Source: Mantamonas sphyraenae STR306 (Eukaryota > Protista > CRuMs). From it: a DNA stretch of 64,000 nt. This document shows positions 57,813 to 64,000 of this stretch, one piece after another (position 1 is the first letter of the stretch; each line of letters starts with the position of its first letter). Made by a program: the position numbers and the translations under genes. The DNA lies in assembly GCA_026936335.1 (NCBI GenBank), contig JAPMXV010000031.1:401754-465753 (forward strand), written 5' to 3'. Under the pieces are notes generated by a model. That model made no database searches, had not been told where the DNA came from, and saw only the letters and a list, made by a program, of their open reading frames with translations.

Positions 57813-59810
57813 CTATTCGAGGCGTTGTCGTTTGAAAGATGGATTGTGTGGCGCAAAGTGCACTTTCCGCTTGTTGTTTGTGTGGAGGTGGGAAAGGTCG
57901 AGGTTGGCCACGTCTTCCAGAGTGCGCGGGCGCACGTGTGGACATGCACGCAACCTGCGCACGATTCTTGGGAGAAGAGCGTACGTGGGGGTGGTCAGGC
58001 CACTGAGGTTCAGTGCCCAGGCGATGCGGAGCGAGAGGTAGGTTGTTCCAAACACGAGAGAGGACTTGATGGCGTTGGCGATGTCGAGGATGGACACATC
58101 ATCCTGTGGGCGCAACAGACGTGCAAAGTAAAAGAGTTCGACTGGCGGGATGCCTCGTGAGTTCAGGGCAATGGAAATATGGACAAAGAGGTCGGTGAGC
58201 TCGCTACTGTGAATCAGATGGTCGGCAAACACCGCTTCACCTCGGCTGAGCACGGCGTACTTGACGGAAAGGGAGCGCATGTACGCGTACAAGGCAGCAA
58301 ACTCCCTATCTGTGCACGAACTGCGCGAACCGGGTTGCCAGCCAGGCGCCATGGGACGTGGGTGCCAATCGCTCAGGGGGGAGAGATCGTGGTCGTACTC
58401 CAACGCGCGAAGCACAGGGCCCACGGACTGTTGATGAGCAAGTTGACGCCAATCTGTGGGGCGCGGCAGGTTGCGGGACGCCAGGACGTCCAAAACGATG
58501 TGCAGGAGGGCATACGTGGGTTCTTCGTCGCTCGACGAGATGCCGTCTGCCTTGCATGTGCGTAGCATGTGCGAATTCAGAGCCGACGAGACGTTGTGGA
58601 GCATGCGCGCGGAGTGAAGCGTCGAGGCGAGCGTGTTTGCGTCCAGATTGTGGCCCAGCAGGTGGGCAAAGAACGCGATATCACCTTGTGGGATTGCATA
58701 TCCTTCCAGATCAGCACAGAGATGTCCAATGAGGGCGGCTGTGTTGTTGTGGTATACAAGAACGCGTATGGCGAGGAGCTCCTCAGTGGAGATAGAGGAC
58801 GACGGGTGGTCTTTGGCGATGCGGTGCATGGTGGAGAGGAGGGCGTTGAACTCGTCATCATTGGCAAAGACACGGATGGAGGGGGTGACTTTGCGGGCGG
58901 GAGGGAGGGCGGAGTGGGGCGCCGAGACGGTTTTCTTGAGCGGAGACGTCTCTGGCTCGGATTCAGAGAGCTCTTGCGAGTCAGGGATGACTTGGATGTC
59001 CATGGAGTCTGTGGTAGGGGTCACGTCTGTTGTGGAGCCGCTGGTGGTGGTGGCCGGGAGAGGGCTGGGTAGAATTTGATCATGTTGCTCTGGAGAGACA
59101 GGCGGGTCCACGTGGCTATGAGAGGCAATTTCCGGGGTAGTTTCGGTCTCGAGTGGGCTCTGCGAGGGCAAGGGTGAGGAGGTGAGGCCGGTGGAGCTCT
59201 GGAGCGTTCTGGCGCCAAAACTTGGGTCGTCCGTGTCCGAGCCACTGCTGCTGGCCACGGAATCTGAAATGACGGAGGCATCGTCTTGATGGAGGTTTTC
59301 GGTGGTGAGAGATTCCTCGTGTGTGTCGGCGGATGATGAGGATGTGTGGACAAGGCGCTGCGGGGGCGCGGGGACCGGTTGGGCAAATTCTTGGAGGTCG
59401 CTGTCAGACCGTGCGCGTGCTGAGTCGGTGTTTGGGTGAATCTGAGGGAACTGCTGGTAGGCGTAGGGAAATATGGACGTGTTTTGATGGTAGTAGGGGC
59501 TGTAGACTGGTTGTTGGAACTGTTGTGGAGCGGGTTGCGAGTTGGGTGCGTAGTAGAACGGGGTTGATCCGGTCTGTAAGGCTGCTGTATGCGTCCCAGT
59601 GTTCATGTGGGCTGTGTATTGTTGTGGGACGTAGTACATGTACTGTGGAGTGTTGGAATAGTGACCGGGTTGGGCAAAGTAGTATTGGGGCTGGCCTATG
59701 CCGGAAGCTTTCCAGGCCCCTTGGTTTGTGTATGTGTTGGTGTTGAGGTTTGTGCTTGTGTTTGGATGTGTATTGAAGTTGGAGTTGGGGTTGGGGTTGG
59801 TGCCCTCCAT
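57813..59810 (-). CDS. Orphan subtelomeric protein A (665 aa): Q/Y/P/N-rich N-terminus, S/T/D-rich linker, one A+B pair of an unrecognised helical domain, C-terminal KRKVHF...KRQRLE
   Basis: Uninterrupted ORF with clear amino-acid similarity to the neighbouring 59932-63522 gene (QGD.AF...LLG, YALLH, YDH.L...WHP.P...GW, SCT.REF, G.PPV.L..F.RLLRP, SL.I.W). Confidence 0.75.
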   Translation of the reverse strand: MEGTNPNPNSNFNTHPNTSTNLNTNTYTNQGAWKASGIGQPQYYFAQPGHYSNTPQYMYYVPQQYTAHMNTGTHTAALQTGSTPFYYAPNSQPAPQQFQQPVYSPYYHQNTSIFPYAYQQFPQIHPNTDSARARSDSDLQEFAQPVPAPPQRLVHTSSSSADTHEESLTTENLHQDDASVISDSVASSSGSDTDDPSFGARTLQSSTGLTSSPLPSQSPLETETTPEIASHSHVDPPVSPEQHDQILPSPLPATTTSGSTTDVTPTTDSMDIQVIPDSQELSESEPETSPLKKTVSAPHSALPPARKVTPSIRVFANDDEFNALLSTMHRIAKDHPSSSISTEELLAIRVLVYHNNTAALIGHLCADLEGYAIPQGDIAFFAHLLGHNLDANTLASTLHSARMLHNVSSALNSHMLRTCKADGISSSDEEPTYALLHIVLDVLASRNLPRPTDWRQLAHQQSVGPVLRALEYDHDLSPLSDWHPRPMAPGWQPGSRSSCTDREFAALYAYMRSLSVKYAVLSRGEAVFADHLIHSSELTDLFVHISIALNSRGIPPVELFYFARLLRPQDDVSILDIANAIKSSLVFGTTYLSLRIAWALNLSGLTTPTYALLPRIVRRLRACPHVRPRTLEDVANLDLSHLHTNNKRKVHFAPHNPSFKRQRLE

Positions 59811-59931
59811 TGTTTGGAGGGTGGGTTTGTTTTGGTGCGGGAGCGTGGTGTGATTGTTCCAACGTCATGTGTCAGAGGTGTCAGAGGAGAGATTTTCCGG
59901 TGCTTGGAAGTGGAAAGTGGCATGAATGGGT

Positions 59932-62900
59932 TCATTCCAGGCGTTGGCGTTTGGAGGAGGAGGAGGAGGAGGAGGAGGAGGAGGAGGAGGAGGAGGAGGA
60001 GGAGGAGGAAGGATCTTTGCGCTTGGGGAGGGTGAAAGAGGGGATGGTGTAGGCGTTGACGAGAGCGGGAGTGGTGGGACGGGTGGTGATGTGGGGTGTG
60101 ATGCGGTCGATGAGGGTGTGGAGGAGAGTGTGCAGTGTGGCGTCGCTGGGTTGGGGGTTGTCGAGCCAGGCGATCTTGAGGGAGAGGGGGGTGACGCCGC
60201 GAGTGAGGGTAGTGCTGATGGCACCTTGCACATGTTTGTAGGTGAGTCGTGGCCTGAGGAGACGGACAAAGAAGGCCAGGTCGACAGGCGGCACGCCAAC
60301 GTTGCCCAGCGCCAGGATGACGTGTCGCACCAGGGATTTCAGGTCGCCGTTGTTGATCAGCTCACGCAGTGCCTGGTTCTCTTGTGCGTGCTGATGGCGA
60401 GGGTGCTTGGCTGCGCGTGCCTTCATGCGTGCCAGCAGCGTCTGGAACTCCCGCGCCGTGCAGCTGCCTCGCTCGTCTCCGGTCTTGCTCCAGCCACTGC
60501 GCACAGACTCAGGATGCCACTTGTCCACCTCTTTGGTGGTGAGGTGGTTGTCGTAGTCGCATTGTGTCCAGTGTGGGTCGCTGTCGTTGTCAGCAGGGCG
60601 TCGTGCTTTCTGCAGCCTCAGCTGGGTCTGCTCGTGCTCCTTCCAGGTGGTGGGATGGGGTCTGTCGCCGAGAGTGTCCATCTCTGTCATGAGGAGGTGG
60701 AGGAGGGCGTAGTTGGGGTCGCCGTGGTCGTGTGGCTCCTCCAGCCAGCACACCTTCAATCCAGCCTTGGTCACACCAATGGCCAGACCAGCGTGTCGGA
60801 TGGCAAGGCTGCACACATGTTGATCCATATCACGGCCGAGGAGGGTGAGGCAGAAGGCCATGTCGCCCTGGGAGAGGGGGATGTTGCCCAGAGAGAGCTG
60901 AACCTGTCGGACCAGCGCGGTCGTGGTGCCATGGCAGACCGCAACACGCGCCTGCAGGGTCATGAGGACGGAGATGTCGTCGATGGGATACTCGTTCGCC
61001 AGGGTGTGCATGTGGTTCAGCAGTGCCGTGTGCTCCTTCTTGTTGCTGTGGCTGCGCTCGCTCTTGCCCCACTTTGTCCAGCCACTGCGCACAACGCCAT
61101 CTGGCAGTTCATCCTCCACGGCCATCATCTCCTCCTCAGTGGGCTCGGGAAGATCAAGCTCGGTGATGGCAAGGGCATTGACGGCGTCGACTGTGGTAGG
61201 GCGGGTGTTGATGTGGGGTGTGATGCGGTCGATGAGGGTGTGCAGGAGGGTGTGCAGTGTGGCGTCGCTGGGTTGGGGGTTGTCGAGCCAGACGATCTTG
61301 AGGGAGAGGGAGGTGACACCGCGGGTGAGATTGTCGCTGATGGCAGGGGATAATTGCTGGTAGGTGAGACGTGGCCTGAGGAGGCGGACAAAGAAGGCCA
61401 AGTCGACAGGCGGCACGCCAACGTTGCCCAGCGCCAGGATGATGTGTCGCACCAGGGACATCTTGCTTCCGTTGTTGATCAGCACACGCAGTGTCTGGTG
61501 CTCGTGTGCGTGCTGATGGCGGGGGTGCTTGGCTGCGCGTGCCTTCATGTGTGCCAGCAGCGTCTGGAACTCCCGTGCCGTGCAGCTGCCACGCTCGTCG
61601 CTGGGAGTGGCACTGCTCCAGCCACTGCGCACAGGCTCAGGATGCCACTCTTCCACATTGGTTGTGGTGAGGTGGTGGTCGTAGTCGCAATGTGTCCAGT
61701 GTGGGTCGCTGTCGTTGTCAGCAGGGCGTCGTGCTTCCTGCAGCCACAGCTGGGTCTGCTCGTGCTCCTTCCAGGTGGTGGGAGGGGGCCTGTTGCCGAG
61801 AGTGTCCATCTCTGTCATGAGCAGGTGGAGGAGGGCGTAGTTGGGGTCACCGCGGTCGTCTGGCTCCTCCAGCCAGCACACCTTCAACACAGCCTTTGTC
61901 ACACCCATGGCCAGACAAGCGTGTCGGATGGCAAGGCTGCACACATGTTGATCCATATCACGGCCGAGGAGGGTGAGACAGAAGGCCATGTCGCCCTGGG
62001 ATATGGGTGTGTTGCCCAGAGCGAGCTGAATCTGTCGGACAAGCGTGTTCAGGGTGCCATGGCAGACCACAACACGCGCCTGCAGGGTCATGAGGACGGA
62101 GATGTCGTCGATAGGATGCTCGTTGGCCAGGGTGTGCATGTGGTTCAGCAGTGCCGTGTGCTCCTTCTTGTTGCTGCGGCTGCGCTCGTCACTGATTCCT
62201 GCTGTCCACCCTTTGCGCACAACACCATCTGGCAACTTGTTCGTCTCGTTCACGCCTGATTTCTTCCGCTCGCTGGTGTCTCCGTTCTTTGCACTCCTTG
62301 CCCGTGTGCTCGACGTTCCTGTCTCTGTGCCACTGCCAGGCGTGACCCTGAGCCTGCGCTGTCCACTGCCTTTCATCTTCTGTGGACCAGTACTGGTGAG
62401 GCCTCTGCGTCGTCGTGTGCGGAATTTTCTTGTGCGCCCCGAATGCCATTCGTCCGTGCCCTTCTGTTCCATGTCGTCTGCGTCGTCGTCGCTGTCATCT
62501 TGCGGCATGTACTCCTCATCCATGGCATCACCAGTGTCCGAGAAGCTAAGTGTGCCCTGAGTTTCCGACTCGTCATCCGCGTGCTGCTGGGTTGCGTCGT
62601 TTGCCTCGCCGTCTTCTTCGTACGCCTCCATCCCTGAGCTGGTCATCCACTCTGAGTTGCTGGAGATTGAACGTGGTTCACGGTGGCCAAAGTTCAGGAA
62701 CATCAGGTCCTCCACGTCGCCGGTGTCATGTGTGTGTGTGTCCTGGTCTTCGTCGTCGTCGTCGCTGTCTCCAGTCTGCCGTGTGGCCTGGTGGTAGGAG
62801 GACGACGTTGTGGTGGCGGATGTGGCCCGTGTGATGCCGACAAAGGCTGGGCTGGTGCGTTTGGGGACGCGGTTGTGGTTTGTGGTAGGTTGAGCAGGCG

Positions 62901-63522
62901 GAGGGTGCGACGGAGGCTGAGCGAAGTGCACCTGGGCGGTTTGTCGCGGCTGAGGAGGCGGCGGAGGAGGGTAGGCGTAGTATGGGTGGCCCTGATGAGC
63001 ATATGCGTGGTGCTGCTGGGGGTGGGTGTTGACAGGGACCCAGATGATGGGTGGTTGTGGGTGCTGGTACGGGTTTTGTACGCCAGATCCGGGCAGCATG
63101 ATCGAGAACGGCTGAGCAGCCATGGGAGGGACCATGTACGCGTAGCTGAGAAGGGGAGGGGCAGGGCGGGGTGGGGACGGTGAGCGGAAGGCGGAGTGGA
63201 CGCCGTCAGGGCAGAAGCGGGATGAAGGGAGGCAGGGGCGAGCAAAGAGGGAAAAACGGAGGAGATTGGCAGACCGGGAAACCGGCAACGGGGAGGGCAG
63301 TAGCAGGGGAGAGGGGATCGGAGAAGGGCAGAGAAGGAAGCAGCGGTGGTGATCGGGAAGTGGAGATGCAGGGAAGGCGTGGAGGGAAGCGACGGAGGCA
63401 TGGAGGAGGCATTGAAGCGGGAGGAGCGGGCAGTCAGAAAACGGAGTGGAAGGCAGAACGCACGCTGGGTAGGTGTTGGATGTGTATTGTTGCTTCGGAG
63501 TGTTTGGATAGTCGTTGTCCAT
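59932..63522 (-). CDS. Orphan subtelomeric protein B (~1,090 aa): P/Q/Y/H-rich N-terminus, acidic and basic linker, two A+B domain pairs, poly-Ser, KRQRLE; probable in-frame intron 63146-63463
   Basis: Long ORF. Probable start MDNDYPN at 63522. A pyrimidine-rich GTGCGT...CTCAC...CTCAG segment of 318 nt behaves as an intron. Internal duplication is conserved in frame. Confidence 0.75.
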   Translation of the reverse strand: MDNDYPNTPKQQYTSNTYPACVLPSTPFSDCPLLPLQCLLHASVASLHAFPASPLPDHHRCFLLCPSPIPSPLLLPSPLPVSRSANLLRFSLFARPCLPSSRFCPDGVHSAFRSPSPPRPAPPLLSYAYMVPPMAAQPFSIMLPGSGVQNPYQHPQPPIIWVPVNTHPQQHHAYAHQGHPYYAYPPPPPPQPRQTAQVHFAQPPSHPPPAQPTTNHNRVPKRTSPAFVGITRATSATTTSSSYHQATRQTGDSDDDDEDQDTHTHDTGDVEDLMFLNFGHREPRSISSNSEWMTSSGMEAYEEDGEANDATQQHADDESETQGTLSFSDTGDAMDEEYMPQDDSDDDADDMEQKGTDEWHSGRTRKFRTRRRRGLTSTGPQKMKGSGQRRLRVTPGSGTETGTSSTRARSAKNGDTSERKKSGVNETNKLPDGVVRKGWTAGISDERSRSNKKEHTALLNHMHTLANEHPIDDISVLMTLQARVVVCHGTLNTLVRQIQLALGNTPISQGDMAFCLTLLGRDMDQHVCSLAIRHACLAMGVTKAVLKVCWLEEPDDRGDPNYALLHLLMTEMDTLGNRPPPTTWKEHEQTQLWLQEARRPADNDSDPHWTHCDYDHHLTTTNVEEWHPEPVRSGWSSATPSDERGSCTAREFQTLLAHMKARAAKHPRHQHAHEHQTLRVLINNGSKMSLVRHIILALGNVGVPPVDLAFFVRLLRPRLTYQQLSPAISDNLTRGVTSLSLKIVWLDNPQPSDATLHTLLHTLIDRITPHINTRPTTVDAVNALAITELDLPEPTEEEMMAVEDELPDGVVRSGWTKWGKSERSHSNKKEHTALLNHMHTLANEYPIDDISVLMTLQARVAVCHGTTTALVRQVQLSLGNIPLSQGDMAFCLTLLGRDMDQHVCSLAIRHAGLAIGVTKAGLKVCWLEEPHDHGDPNYALLHLLMTEMDTLGDRPHPTTWKEHEQTQLRLQKARRPADNDSDPHWTQCDYDNHLTTKEVDKWHPESVRSGWSKTGDERGSCTAREFQTLLARMKARAAKHPRHQHAQENQALRELINNGDLKSLVRHVILALGNVGVPPVDLAFFVRLLRPRLTYKHVQGAISTTLTRGVTPLSLKIAWLDNPQPSDATLHTLLHTLIDRITPHITTRPTTPALVNAYTIPSFTLPKRKDPSSSSSSSSSSSSSSSSSSSKRQRLE
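59953..60009 (+). repeat. (GGA)19 trinucleotide tract encoding poly-Ser in gene B
   Basis: Perfect GGA run, read as TCC codons on the minus strand. Confidence 0.95.
60088..62235. repeat. Recent tandem duplication, ~1.12-1.13 kb period, within subtelomeric gene B
   Basis: atgtggggtgtgatgcggtcgatgagggtgtg at 60089 and 61211 (offset 1122). The offset becomes 1128 after an in-frame 6-nt indel. Long identical blocks throughout. Confidence 0.95.
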
Positions 63523-63790
63523 GGTGGTGGTGGTGGTACTGGAGTGTATGTGTAATGTGTTGGACAGGTGGAGGGTGTGGTGGGTGTTGGTGATATTTTG
63601 GTTGAAGGCGGATGGGCAGTGCTGACTGCGCGGCGTTGCCAGACGAAGGACACTCACCAGCGACAATTCCACTCCCACCCATTGCCCACTGCCCCGTGTC
63701 ACCACCCAACTCAGCCACCCCGCCAGCAAACACAAGCTCAACTCACACGACATAGACCAGAACCATAACACCACCACATTTGTGAATAAA

Positions 63791-64000
63791 TCAGGGTTAG
63801 GGTTAGGGTTAGGGTTAGGGTTAGGGTTAGGGTTAGGGTTAGGGTTAGGGTTAGGGTTAGGGTTAGGGTTAGGGTTAGGGTTAGGGTTAGGGTTAGGGTT
63901 AGGGTTAGGGTTAGGGTTAGGGTTAGGGTTAGGGTTAGGGTTAGGGTTAGGGTTAGGGTTAGGGTTAGGGTTAGGGTTAGGGTTAGGGTTAGGGTTAGGG
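63791..64000 (+). repeat. Telomere: one TCAGGG variant followed by (TTAGGG)34 to the window end
   Basis: Perfect TTAGGG array from 63797 to 64000, with the G-rich strand running 5'->3' toward the end. Confidence 0.99.

Noticed and set aside
60088-62235. CRISPR-like array or LTR pair
   Set aside because: It is an in-frame coding tandem duplication of ~1.1 kb with no spacers, TG...CA ends or target-site duplication.
7550-63463. Stop-free 3n introns (7550-7666, 29029-29115, 30143-30322, 63146-63463) as a regulated retention system
   Set aside because: About a third of introns are 3n by chance, and stops are rare in skewed GC-rich sequence; the number is not clearly in excess.
63523-63777. N-terminal extension of gene B from the ORF-track start at 63777
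   Set aside because: That start is a non-ATG codon and the sequence is low-complexity; the ATG at 63522 mirrors the start context of paralog A.
57813-63790. Telomeric retrotransposon (HeT-A/TART/SART/Penelope-like)
   Set aside because: No RT (YxDD), endonuclease, zinc-knuckle, poly(A) tail or terminal repeats are recognisable in either ORF.
1-64000. Numerous long antisense and alternate-frame ORFs (e.g. 1940-3331, 39234-41144, 51186-53111, 53434-54795)
   Set aside because: These are shadows of real genes, expected from high GC and biased codon usage, with no independent motifs.
1-64000. Non-standard genetic code (strong TGA stop preference)
   Set aside because: TAA (LSM3, patatin) and TAG (57813) also terminate genes at plausible ends, and no conserved domain is interrupted by an in-frame stop.

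Overview
The last 64 kb of a linear chromosome from a compact, GC-rich, intron-containing eukaryote. It is a flagellated protist, judging by LRRC23 and DRC9/IQCG; I cannot assign the lineage from sequence alone. The window ends in a (TTAGGG)34 telomere at 63797-64000. About 30 tightly packed protein-coding genes are present, with many intergenic gaps of only 14-200 nt and short GT-AG introns carrying CTGAC/CTCAC branch points. They include a 5'-truncated Gtb3/PelF-type giant GT4 membrane glycosyltransferase, a ~2,900-aa multi-module LRR protein, ankyrin-FYVE, a soluble MRH protein, a SIRT6/7-like sirtuin, Nudix, EEP, UBC9, a UPF0489 protein, RNase H1, LRRC23, two signal-peptide JmjC paralogs, alpha-MPP/core-2, LSM3, Clu-TPR-PH, LZIC, Gfo/Idh/MocA, FAM241-like, FAM228-like, IQCG, RecQ, MED14, an ankyrin protein and a patatin TAG lipase. 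Four things stand out. (1) Two telomere-adjacent paralogous orphan genes are built from an unrecognised repeated helical domain, each with a prion-like N-terminus and an identical KRQRLE end. (2) The + strand has a transcription-independent G>C skew that dictates codon usage, intron composition and homopolymer amino-acid tracts, and it flips ~140 nt before the telomere. (3) A fungal galactosaminogalactan-synthase-like gene sits in a flagellate. (4) About 8 single-base frameshifts interrupt otherwise intact genes; these are most likely assembly errors. All product calls come from motif recognition by eye; no database searches were run.
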